Of a stretch of 60,731 nt of DNA, positions 15,747-24,545 are shown in pieces (position 1 is the first letter of the stretch; every line of letters begins with the position of its first letter). Source of the stretch: a virus; the IMG/VR virus record IMGVR_UViG_3300045988_115457, one strand, 5' to 3'. The notes under the pieces were generated by a model that saw only the letters and a program-made list of their open reading frames with translations, did no database searches and was not told the origin of the DNA. Made by a program: the position numbers and the translations under genes.

Positions 15747-16730
15747 TTAACCCCAGTAGTTGTTACAACCGCATCCGCTACGTCCATTGAAAACAGTATC
15801 ACCCGCATAAGCTCCGAAAGCGGCAGCACGTGCTATTTCCGGATTAAACGCCTGCAATTGAGGATAAGGAACAGCAACAGTCGGAGGCATCTTACACTTG
15901 ATTGCGTCAACTTCGCTTTGCAAGTTGTTAAGAGCACCGGCGATAGGAGCTGTATTTGCCTGGATTGTCGCAGAGATGTAAGCGTTTTGGTTGGCCTGTG
16001 AAATCTGTCCTTTAAGAGCCAGGTTTTCAGCAGTCAGGCGATCCATCTTGTCAGCTTGATACAATGACTGGAAGTCATTCAGCTTGTTCAGGATTGCTTG
16101 AGTATTTGCCAGGTTACCGTCACGCAGATTCATTGTGTTTTGAGTCATTGTGTTGGTAAGGATATTCATATCCTGACAATTCTGCAGACGAGTTTCCGCA
16201 CCCTGTCTTTCGATAGCCGTACGAACATCGCAGCAGCAGCTTGCAATCTGTTGGCCAATTGACGCCCCCATGCTCTGAACGGAGTTAATAATCTGTTGTG
16301 AAGACATACCGATCTGACCACCGATCTTGTCGATTGCACCCTGCACATTACACAATGCGCCTTGTAACTGTTGAGTAGAACAGTTCAAAGAACTAGCCAA
16401 TTGGTTGATGGCAGTCCCGTTACCTTGAATAGCTGACATAAGCAGTTCACGTCCGGCGTCATTATTCAATTCTGAAGGAAGTCCGCCGCCGTTACGGTTG
16501 TTGCCAAATCCATTTCCACCCCACAACCAGAACAATACAATAATCCACAACCACCAACAGCCACCGCCGCCCCAAGCATCCTGATTTTTGTTTCCATTCA
16601 TCAGAGCTGCCACGAGGTTAGGATCAAGCCCATTTCCCTTCATCATTCCGGGAATCATAGCGAGGATTGAGTTTAGTCCACCACCAGAGGCTCCAGCTTC
16701 AGGAGTGAACACGAAAGTTTTATCACTCAT
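15747..16730 (-). CDS. membrane-anchored Gln/Asn-rich coiled-coil protein with a Trp-rich TM segment and Cys-rich termini
   Basis: WGGGGCWWLWIIVLFWLWGGNGFGNNRNGGG, then long Q/N-rich heptad-like repeats with SCCCD and an ending ...GRSGCGCNNYWG. Confidence 0.7.
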   Translation of the reverse strand: MSDKTFVFTPEAGASGGGLNSILAMIPGMMKGNGLDPNLVAALMNGNKNQDAWGGGGCWWLWIIVLFWLWGGNGFGNNRNGGGLPSELNNDAGRELLMSAIQGNGTAINQLASSLNCSTQQLQGALCNVQGAIDKIGGQIGMSSQQIINSVQSMGASIGQQIASCCCDVRTAIERQGAETRLQNCQDMNILTNTMTQNTMNLRDGNLANTQAILNKLNDFQSLYQADKMDRLTAENLALKGQISQANQNAYISATIQANTAPIAGALNNLQSEVDAIKCKMPPTVAVPYPQLQAFNPEIARAAAFGAYAGDTVFNGRSGCGCNNYWG

Positions 16731-16800
16731 ATTTCTTATATTTTGTTATGACGGTCAATATTAACCGCATCACAAAAGTATATAATAGACGCATCCTAAG

Positions 16801-17097
16801 TCAGCACTCATTTTCAAGCAATTTGCGAATATTTTGCAGATATATTGCAATCATTTTGTTTGTATTTTTACGGCTCTCAAAAGTGGATATAAGATAGCGT
16901 ATACTGGCAGATGTCTTATGAAGTAGAGCGGCTATCTGTTCAGGATATAGACCGTATTCAGTAAGGAAGAATACTACGATAGAGCGGGCATCGACAACCT
17001 CGGTCACTTTGCTTGATGAAAGGATTAGTTCAGTAGAAACTTCTGTTTCTTTTCCTACAAGATTCAATATTTCGGCAAAAATCTCGGACTTACACAT
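16801..17097 (-). CDS. DnaA C-terminal-domain-like HTH protein
   Basis: VVDARSIVVFFLTEYGLYPEQIAALLHKTSASIRYLISTFESRK resembles the DnaA domain IV pattern (ARQIAMYL...HTTVLHA). Confidence 0.4.
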   Translation of the reverse strand: MCKSEIFAEILNLVGKETEVSTELILSSSKVTEVVDARSIVVFFLTEYGLYPEQIAALLHKTSASIRYLISTFESRKNTNKMIAIYLQNIRKLLENEC

Positions 17098-17232
17098 GGT
17101 AATTAATTTTTTTGTTGTACTTTTGCCCTTGCCAATCAGTACATATACCAAAAGAACAAAAGCATACTTCGGAATGTTAAGGATATTATACCCCCTGACA
17201 CAACCGATGTATGCTTTGGTGTATTAAAGTAT

Positions 17233-17255
17233 TGATTGGCGTCAACTTTAATGTG
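17233..17255. repeat. repeat R1 (TGATTGGCGTCAACTTTAATGTG), inverted copy of R2 at 46267-46287
   Basis: Matches the reverse complement of 46267-46287 at 21/23 positions, the difference being a 2-nt TT indel. Both copies sit next to a G-rich hairpin. Confidence 0.7.
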
Positions 17256-17440
17256 TCGGGGGTTCTTTTTACTCTACCCCCAAAAGAGCTGCATTTGTTA
17301 ACGATAACCGGCCTTCTACTTTACCGGATAAACTTAGTGCTTAGTATTAATTAATGTATCATTTTGCCCTCCTTTCTTTATAAACCTTTTTCCAACGGAA
17401 ATTGTTATATAGGTGAAACTTAAACTTTTCATACCGGAAA

Positions 17441-17457
17441 CGGTCTGTGAAGATAGT
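17441..17457 (+). repeat. 17-mer CGGTCTGTGAAGATAGT, exact inverted copy of the box upstream of tRNA-like B (8573-8589)
   Basis: Exact 17/17 match to the reverse complement of 8573-8589. A 12-nt core GTCTGTGAAGAT also lies upstream of tRNA-like A (3553-3564). Confidence 0.8.
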
Positions 17458-17468
17458 TAGTCCGGTAA

Positions 17469-17921
17469 TTACCACATAAATAAGTTACAACTGACTCCAG
17501 CTCCTATGTACCAACCACCCGGATAACTATATCCTGCCTGTAAACCTAATCCCCAGCGTTTCTTTTTCGAAGTAACAGTATGATAAATATCATTCGTCAC
17601 TGTCTGAAATACAGTTCTTGGAAATATCTGCAAACTATCCAGTCTCGGACGATAGCCGGACACCCATGCACGGTAAAGGCTGTCTTCATAGTAAGCCTGT
17701 TCACGCTCGACTACCGCATCACCTATGTGCATGGTATCTGTCAGTTTGAGCGTCAGTAAGGGAGCCATAGGCGGAGATATGCTTAAGGAGCAAATCTTGA
17801 TAACCGTCTTTATCTTCGTCTCGGTCTTGATTTCTGGCGGGAGAGGCTCGTGCGGATTATAACGCATCCACACGATCACGCCAAGCAACAGGCAGACTAG
17901 TATCCAAGGGAGGGACTTCAT
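17469..17921 (-). CDS. membrane protein (signal-anchor N-terminus, Gly/aromatic beta-rich C-terminus)
   Basis: MKSLPWILVCLLLGVIVWM..., C-terminal WGLGLQAGYSYPGGWYIGAGVSCNLFMW. Confidence 0.55.
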   Translation of the reverse strand: MKSLPWILVCLLLGVIVWMRYNPHEPLPPEIKTETKIKTVIKICSLSISPPMAPLLTLKLTDTMHIGDAVVEREQAYYEDSLYRAWVSGYRPRLDSLQIFPRTVFQTVTNDIYHTVTSKKKRWGLGLQAGYSYPGGWYIGAGVSCNLFMW

Positions 17922-18196
17922 AGGATACTATCACTTGAAGCCCACTCCGGACCCGACAATAAAGTATTCAGTTCTTCGCCTTCGTATACCGGATAAGGGT
18001 AAACCGGCTCTTGCGGAGTCTCCTCTTCGTCCAGTAACGGCAAAGTCATGATACTTGGGAACAACATTTCATAGTGATCCAATTTCATAATCACCTGTGT
18101 ACCGTCAACGCTCTTTCTCGGAACCAAGTGCAGTTCATCGAGTACCTCCTGCGGTATCTCGTTCAAATTCGCTGTGGGAAATGTAATGTATTTCAT
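17918..18196 (-). CDS. hypothetical protein
   Basis: 92-aa ORF with a 4-nt overlap with the downstream gene. Confidence 0.6.
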   Translation of the reverse strand: MKYITFPTANLNEIPQEVLDELHLVPRKSVDGTQVIMKLDHYEMLFPSIMTLPLLDEEETPQEPVYPYPVYEGEELNTLLSGPEWASSDSIL

Positions 18197-18219
18197 AAGA
18201 TTTGTTTTAATTGTTTCAA

Positions 18220-19521
18220 TTATACATTATCTAATCCTATTAAAGACACCTCTTTAAAAGCATCTCCGTTATTACGAATGATCCAATCAATATATGTGTT
18301 TATTGCGTATGCGCAATATTGATAACCCATAGCAGAGCCATGAGAATTTAACACATATTGTCCCGACCAAGAAATTGGATAGTATGTATCCAGATCAATC
18401 AAATAAACATCTCCTTCATAGATAGCATTCATTGCTGAAACAAGACTTCTTATTGCAGTGGCATACTCTGCATAATAGGTTCCCAACGGTGTAACACAAA
18501 AGATTTTCGCTTTCGGTTGTACCGATTTTAGGCGTTGAATTATTCCCGCATAATAACCTATAAATGTTTCTGCATTATTATTGTAATCTGTTGAGTCAAT
18601 ATCCGTATCAACGCTACCTATGGAATATGACTGGCTTTTATCATTTACTCCTAATGCTATAATATAGCCTTGTTTTAAATGTTCCGATTGTTGAGCCAAT
18701 GACCAGCCGCCACCTCCTGGACCTCCTTCATAGGATTCATCTCTAACTACTCCTGCTTCTATCCATCCCTTTGTCGTTTGCCCGCCATTAGAAAAATTGT
18801 AACCATCTGCACCGATCATTTTGCAAAATCTTTGTCCCCAAGAGTAAGCGTACATATCTACATATCGATTATGTTCTCCATTAACGAAAATATCCATTTC
18901 CCCACTTGCATAGCTGTCTCCGATAATACCCCATGAATGAATTATCGAACCATAACCTGCGTCACGGATAATATTAGCTAATGGATTATCCTTTAAAGCT
19001 ATTAAGTGAGTGGATTCTTCAATATTATACTCGTTTTGGAATAGGATATTTAGCAAATCCTCTGTTAGTTTAGAACTTACGATTGAAAAACTTGATAATT
19101 GTTTAGCCTGGCATGATATTTCGATATAACAATCCTCATTGATGATACTGAAGTAATCCTGAACACCGTCTTTACCACGGACGAAAGTTGATATATAATT
19201 ACCTTCAGCATCCACTTTTGAGACAAGAGACACCAATGAAGATACATCAATTTGTTTACCCAATATTACAGTACCTTTAGGAACAAGTATAGGGTTAGTG
19301 TATAGATAACCGGAAAGCGCAAAAGTTCTACCATCGTAAAATCGATAATATCCTGAAGTAACACTTTCGGAATCAACAGAGACTGCATTGGGAATGGTTA
19401 ATGACTCAATTATATTTAGAGAATTACCTAATTTATCATTATTCCTATCGATAGACTGTGCATACTCAAGCCAAGCTTTTTCGGTAGTTCCGATTTCCTG
19501 TATCTTTTCTAAATTTTCCAT
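18220..19521 (-). CDS. tail-associated protein with a C-terminal SGNH/GDSL esterase domain
   Basis: SGNH blocks: GIIGDSYASGE (I), NGGQTTKGW (II), IALGVNDK (III), NSHGS (V-like). Follows the tail-fibre gene. Confidence 0.7.
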   Translation of the reverse strand: MENLEKIQEIGTTEKAWLEYAQSIDRNNDKLGNSLNIIESLTIPNAVSVDSESVTSGYYRFYDGRTFALSGYLYTNPILVPKGTVILGKQIDVSSLVSLVSKVDAEGNYISTFVRGKDGVQDYFSIINEDCYIEISCQAKQLSSFSIVSSKLTEDLLNILFQNEYNIEESTHLIALKDNPLANIIRDAGYGSIIHSWGIIGDSYASGEMDIFVNGEHNRYVDMYAYSWGQRFCKMIGADGYNFSNGGQTTKGWIEAGVVRDESYEGGPGGGGWSLAQQSEHLKQGYIIALGVNDKSQSYSIGSVDTDIDSTDYNNNAETFIGYYAGIIQRLKSVQPKAKIFCVTPLGTYYAEYATAIRSLVSAMNAIYEGDVYLIDLDTYYPISWSGQYVLNSHGSAMGYQYCAYAINTYIDWIIRNNGDAFKEVSLIGLDNV

Positions 19522-19522
19522 A

Positions 19523-22066
19523 TCATTCGTTTTTAATTAATGTTTCATTTGAAATTAAAGTTGAGTTGCTTAACATTGTCAAGTATTCAGGTGGTTGGTA
19601 GATTGTGATGTTTATCTTTTGAGGGAATTTGTCAGATAAAGTACCATTAAAAGCATAACCATAATCAGAATCTACGTAGTCATACGTTAACTCTACTCCA
19701 TTTACTTTAATAGAAGTCACTTCGTCGGCTGCTCCATTTGGTTTCACATAAATTCTAATACGTGTACTTATTGGATAATAACTGCCTAAACTTAAGTCAC
19801 GTTGACCTCCTTCATTAAAATAAGACGTTTTAGTTACCGTATAATCATTTACATTACTAGTGTATATTGGTCTCCATTCAACCATATCCGGATACAGCGT
19901 ACCCAGCTTGTGCTTCTTCAACTGACGCTCTATCAAGAACTCGGACATACTATAGGGGAAAGACATGAGAGAGTAGATAGCTCCATTGAAGAAACTACTA
20001 TAATTATCTCTATACGTTCCTAGCCAAAGAGTATCTCCGTCAATTCCTGTACCTGCATTTAAATCAACATCTCCACATTTATATTTGCTTTGATATAATA
20101 AAGTTCTTGTAGAATCATCTTTATTAAATGTAGTATATGCTCCAAAAGAATATGAGTGTTTAGCCATCCCATTTGTTTCCATTAAAACAAAAGCTCCCTG
20201 ATTAGCTATATAAGATTTAGAAATAAGAGCTTCTGCCCATGCTTGCTCTATACCACTAATTCTTTCGTAATCAGCAATAATAGTATAATCCTTGTAAATC
20301 GGCATCCCTGTCACCTTACCAAAGTCAGCTATACCATCAAGTAATAATCCTCCTTTATAACTAGGGATAAATGTAACCGTAAATTCAGTTATATCTTTTC
20401 TAGTAGCATAAGCAACACAATTTACTTTAGTATAATCATCCGATATATCAAAGTCATTGAATCCATAAATAAATACTTGCGTAGGAGTATTAGCAGGAAC
20501 ATTTGTTTCTTTTCTTACACTACCTTTTACACCATCTGCATCAGTATAATTTAAAGCGTTTCTCCAAACAATATCTTTATCTGTAATAATTGTTACTGGA
20601 TAAGACGTATCTGTTTTATTTACAGATTGTACAATCCAGTATCTATCTGCGTATTTAATAGATTTTACTTTATAACTAAACTCATTATAAATAGTTAATT
20701 CCTGTAATCCTTCATCAGGAACAATAAGATAATCTTTAATCGTTTCAAAAGGCTTTGCAGCAATACCACTACCACCTTTCCAAGCAATATTGTTCAACAG
20801 AATATCCCTACCATTGCCGGAATAGTCAATCAGCTTGTCGCCAAACTCTGCGTGGTTCTCGTTGGTGATCCCCTGCTTGATAGTATTACACAGTATATCA
20901 GGTTTAAGAGTTCTATCCAAGTTGAAGTAGGCGATTACTTGGTTGATTTGGTCGGTAGTCAGTACTTTATTAGCAATTACTGTCCAGTACCAAGCAATGG
21001 AACTTGTCCACCCATAAAATTCCTCACCTCCTCCTACTACGTTAAATTTAGAATATGAAATATCTGAATTAAGTTCACTCTCCGCAGATATTTTATCTTT
21101 ATCGCCTAAGATATTATTTATTAACTGTAAATTATAATTGTCTAAATTTAGACCATAACCACATATACAATCATCTGATTGCGTAATATTAAATACGCTA
21201 CAAGAATCACTATAAACCAAGCTATTAGCAATAACTCCTCCAACGTCTGTATTTTCACTTATAGTGTGATACATACTCATCACCGTAATCTCATTGCTTC
21301 CTCCCAGCATCTCCTGTACGGTCTTGGTGGAAGTAATCAGGTCGTCGATTCCGTCGGTTACGAAGGCGCCTTCGAACAGGGGAAGCATTTCGATAGTTAC
21401 TTCTTCATCTACTGCAAGAGTAGACAAATCAAACCAAATACCATAATACATACCATCTTTATTCATGCCAAGTTCATTAAGCTCTTCCTCTGTCATGTGT
21501 TTTAAAGAAATAGTAGCATCTTGGGCGGGATTTAAAGTAGTGCTCATAATTGTTCTTCCAAAGAACTGTCCGTCAGAAATAGCATTACCATATACATCCC
21601 ACATTATAATAACGGATTTGTTAGCTCTTACTTTAAATGGTATATCATCGGATTGGAATCCCTTTGTTTGAATATTTCTAAATCCCCAAAAGGTTTCTCC
21701 TCCCTTAGTTCTTAATGTAATACTATAGCCATTACGGGATATAATATCAATGGAATCACTTGAAAATAGCTCCCATTCAGTAGTATTATCAAACTTAGCA
21801 AACTCATAACCTCCATAACTGGACATTTTATCATAAGCTGCATTGCTAATCACAAACGGGTTGTCGGGGTCCACCAAGTTCTTGACAACAGCCCTGTCCG
21901 GATCGTCGTTGCTTTTACCGTAGCAGATGCAGACGGCTTTCAGGGAAGCTAAGACTTCCGGGTCGATGTAAGGACGGTCGGACGAAGCACGAGAAGGCTT
22001 ACCGATTCGGTTCAATCCGATCCGGTTAAGCCCTATTGTGTTTAATGAGACTCTATTAAGCATCAT
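19523..22066 (-). CDS. tail fibre / receptor-binding protein
   Basis: 847 aa, beta-rich, N-terminal LNRIGLNRIG repeat. Position in the distal tail region. No catalytic motif recognised. Confidence 0.6.
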   Translation of the reverse strand: MMLNRVSLNTIGLNRIGLNRIGKPSRASSDRPYIDPEVLASLKAVCICYGKSNDDPDRAVVKNLVDPDNPFVISNAAYDKMSSYGGYEFAKFDNTTEWELFSSDSIDIISRNGYSITLRTKGGETFWGFRNIQTKGFQSDDIPFKVRANKSVIIMWDVYGNAISDGQFFGRTIMSTTLNPAQDATISLKHMTEEELNELGMNKDGMYYGIWFDLSTLAVDEEVTIEMLPLFEGAFVTDGIDDLITSTKTVQEMLGGSNEITVMSMYHTISENTDVGGVIANSLVYSDSCSVFNITQSDDCICGYGLNLDNYNLQLINNILGDKDKISAESELNSDISYSKFNVVGGGEEFYGWTSSIAWYWTVIANKVLTTDQINQVIAYFNLDRTLKPDILCNTIKQGITNENHAEFGDKLIDYSGNGRDILLNNIAWKGGSGIAAKPFETIKDYLIVPDEGLQELTIYNEFSYKVKSIKYADRYWIVQSVNKTDTSYPVTIITDKDIVWRNALNYTDADGVKGSVRKETNVPANTPTQVFIYGFNDFDISDDYTKVNCVAYATRKDITEFTVTFIPSYKGGLLLDGIADFGKVTGMPIYKDYTIIADYERISGIEQAWAEALISKSYIANQGAFVLMETNGMAKHSYSFGAYTTFNKDDSTRTLLYQSKYKCGDVDLNAGTGIDGDTLWLGTYRDNYSSFFNGAIYSLMSFPYSMSEFLIERQLKKHKLGTLYPDMVEWRPIYTSNVNDYTVTKTSYFNEGGQRDLSLGSYYPISTRIRIYVKPNGAADEVTSIKVNGVELTYDYVDSDYGYAFNGTLSDKFPQKINITIYQPPEYLTMLSNSTLISNETLIKNE

Positions 22067-22386
22067 TCAGCCTCCGTTAAAATCCCACTTGTTACTTCTG
22101 TATAACTTTCGATACGAATTACCTTCGGATAAACCAAGGCGTCAAAATCGTAATCGAATATTTTCCCAGAGTCACTTTGGATATATCCCGGAAGAAATAC
22201 AGGGTCAAAACCTCGGCTTTCGGCTGTCCTCTCATCCATTGATTCTGTTTCACTACCGGTCTTCTGATAGATTCTGATTTCTGATCCGGCAACACGGTCT
22301 AAATGAATATTGAAATTGCTGTTGACAACAATTTCTGACGCATAAAGATCCTGACTCGTTATTTGGGTAAATTGTAAATCTGCCAT
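22063..22386 (-). CDS. hypothetical protein
   Basis: 107-aa ORF with a 4-nt overlap with the fibre gene. Confidence 0.6.
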   Translation of the reverse strand: MADLQFTQITSQDLYASEIVVNSNFNIHLDRVAGSEIRIYQKTGSETESMDERTAESRGFDPVFLPGYIQSDSGKIFDYDFDALVYPKVIRIESYTEVTSGILTEAE

Positions 22387-22397
22387 GATTGTTCCTC

Positions 22398-22904
22398 CTA
22401 TTTTTTTGCTGTTATTACTGTATTTCGTAAGAAATTCGGGTACTCTTCCCGCACATCAAAACAAGGACACGCCTTGATATATTCAGCCGGTTCTACTTCA
22501 CCTGAATCGTCTAGGTCGGGTGAAGTATCACGATGTCCGAGAAGCTCGATGATAGGATACTCTTTGCAAAGCTTGTCAATCAGTTGTCGCAAACTAGCCT
22601 TTTGAGCCGGAGTACGGGTGTCTGCCGGTTTACCGTTTGCATCCAGTCCGCCAACATAACAAATGCCGATCGAGTGCTTGTTATACGATTTACCGGAAAA
22701 TCCCTTTGTGTTACAATGTGCTCCGTCAACGGTGAGCGGTCTGCCCTCTTCGATCATTCCGTCCAGGTCGATTACATAATTATAACCAATCTGATTGAAT
22801 CCCCTTGCCCGGTGCATCCGGTCAATGTCCTTTGCTCGCAAGTCTTGCCCGGCACGTGTTGCCGAGCAGTGAATGATGATTGAGTCTATATCTTCTGTTT
22901 TCAT
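22398..22904 (-). CDS. N-acetylmuramoyl-L-alanine amidase (endolysin, Amidase_2/PGRP fold)
   Basis: IIIHCSAT...GYNYVIDLDG...AHCN...HSIGICYVGG...GHRD...CPCFD. Start taken at MKTEDID. Confidence 0.88.
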   Translation of the reverse strand: MKTEDIDSIIIHCSATRAGQDLRAKDIDRMHRARGFNQIGYNYVIDLDGMIEEGRPLTVDGAHCNTKGFSGKSYNKHSIGICYVGGLDANGKPADTRTPAQKASLRQLIDKLCKEYPIIELLGHRDTSPDLDDSGEVEPAEYIKACPCFDVREEYPNFLRNTVITAKK

Positions 22905-22915
22905 ATTCTTTCCTC

Positions 22916-23185
22916 CTATAATATCAATGTTAATACTCCCAACGCCAGACCCACGCAATCACAGATGATGTCTTTAATTGAAAATTCTGTTTTCTTGCAG
23001 TACTTATCGTACACTTCCTTCAGGATGAAGATTACGACGGTTATAATGATTGCTAACCATAGTGGCGTATATTTCGATAGCCACATTACCAGGTTCTGGC
23101 ACACTATAATGTGTGCCATTCCGTCTATTCCGATCTTGGATAGAAGCTTGCTGGCTAATGCGCTGATCTTATTTATCATATTCAT
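22916..23185 (-). CDS. membrane protein of the lysis cassette
   Basis: 89 aa with 2-3 hydrophobic helices, directly upstream of the amidase. Confidence 0.55.
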   Translation of the reverse strand: MNMINKISALASKLLSKIGIDGMAHIIVCQNLVMWLSKYTPLWLAIIITVVIFILKEVYDKYCKKTEFSIKDIICDCVGLALGVLTLIL

Positions 23186-23188
23186 TTT

Positions 23189-23305
23189 CTATTTTATTCT
23201 ACTATTCCCTGTTTTTTTACGTTTCTTGGGCTTGTTCACCGCAAATGCATAGAGTATGATAAAAAGCAAAAAGGGAAAAACATAAATAGCAGTGTATAAA
23301 TTCAT
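23189..23305 (-). CDS. small TM protein with a basic tail (38 aa, below the ORF-track cutoff)
   Basis: My own translation: MNLYTAIYVFPFLLFIILYAFAVNKPKKRKKTGNSRIK. Exactly fills the gap between two lysis-cassette genes. Confidence 0.4.
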   Translation of the reverse strand: MNLYTAIYVFPFLLFIILYAFAVNKPKKRKKTGNSRIK

Positions 23306-23307
23306 AC

Positions 23308-23769
23308 TTACTTCTCCTTTTCTATAATTTCCTTCACATCTTCCTTATCAACCTTAAACACCTTCTTACCAAACACGCCCAAAGCCCCGATAAGATTGAT
23401 GTTAATCCCCTTTGGCTTCAGTATATTCCCAACTATCGAGCATCCCTCTATGAAGCATACCAATAAGCAGGAATACACATCTATAGGATATTCATTGTGA
23501 CTTGCTACGCTAATCATACAAACCATGCAGACGAAAGCAAAGTAAGTGACCATCTTTCCCATAGTAGCACGGATTGCACGTGAGAATCTGACCTTTTCAC
23601 CCATTAGTATACTTTTTCTTACTCCGAATAGGAGATCGCAGAGAATTACAGCACATGAGACAATCAGCCATGGAATCATATTTTGCAATGATTCGGCAAC
23701 AAATGCAGTGGCTATTGCGGCAAATCCTCCGGTTGTGGTATGTACTATTGCTTCTTTCATAAGATACAA
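23308..23769 (-). CDS. holin (Phage_holin_4-like)
   Basis: Multi-TM. CDLLFGVRKSILMGEKVRFSRAIRATMGKM and FIEGCSIVGNI resemble the TcdE/holin-4 pattern. Confidence 0.6.
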   Translation of the reverse strand: MYLMKEAIVHTTTGGFAAIATAFVAESLQNMIPWLIVSCAVILCDLLFGVRKSILMGEKVRFSRAIRATMGKMVTYFAFVCMVCMISVASHNEYPIDVYSCLLVCFIEGCSIVGNILKPKGININLIGALGVFGKKVFKVDKEDVKEIIEKEK

Positions 23770-24257
23770 GTTAGATAAACGGTCAACAACGAAATTACCT
23801 CTATCCAGAACATCGGCTTTCTCTTTATGAAGTCAGAGATGAAATTGCCTGTCCAGTGCTTCTTCATGGAGATAACCATGTACGCAATGAATCCAGCCCA
23901 TAACAGCAACCAATACCAAGAATTGCAACCTACCCATATCTGGGAAAATATCAACGACATGGCAGCACCGATACAATGTGCGGTTTTCTGGCTTCCTTTG
24001 AAATTGGGAGACACACCTAATACAATCATCCCGATAACCGAAAGGAATACAAGAAACCGGCTGTTTTCCGTACTTGCTTCAAATGCTGCCGGGAGAAGAA
24101 ATGCACCGGAGCCGATCATGCACAAACCGAACCAGAACTTATGCGTCAGGGCATAGTAGGTATCACTGATAGAATACGGGATTTCCTTCATTTTCTTTAT
24201 CATTGCAAAAACGTAACCGGCAATGAGGATGAACGACATTAATACTAGTAGAATCAT
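23757..24257 (-). CDS. polytopic membrane protein
   Basis: 166 aa with about 5 hydrophobic helices. Confidence 0.6.
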   Translation of the reverse strand: MILLVLMSFILIAGYVFAMIKKMKEIPYSISDTYYALTHKFWFGLCMIGSGAFLLPAAFEASTENSRFLVFLSVIGMIVLGVSPNFKGSQKTAHCIGAAMSLIFSQIWVGCNSWYWLLLWAGFIAYMVISMKKHWTGNFISDFIKRKPMFWIEVISLLTVYLTCIL

Positions 24258-24284
24258 AGCTTTATCTGTTTATAGTTTATATAT

Positions 24285-24545
24285 TTATTCTTCTTGTGAT
24301 AGAGCATTGCTGACAGCTATTCGATCAATGACACGAGTAAATAACTGCGCATACTTTTTTAGAGATTTAGCTTGTTCAGGGGATATATCAACTTCTCCTT
24401 TCCGGTATATATCTTGAGCAAGATTAAATTCTCCAAGATCACCTGTATTTTGATAAATCGCATTTCCGAATGCTTTAGATACATCGACGGTACTCTTGTT
24501 CCCTTCGAGATCGGTTAATTCTATTTTTCGAAAGTCTATTTTCAT
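24285..24545 (-). CDS. hypothetical protein
   Basis: 86-aa ORF with a 4-nt overlap with the giant tail gene. Confidence 0.6.
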   Translation of the reverse strand: MKIDFRKIELTDLEGNKSTVDVSKAFGNAIYQNTGDLGEFNLAQDIYRKGEVDISPEQAKSLKKYAQLFTRVIDRIAVSNALSQEE

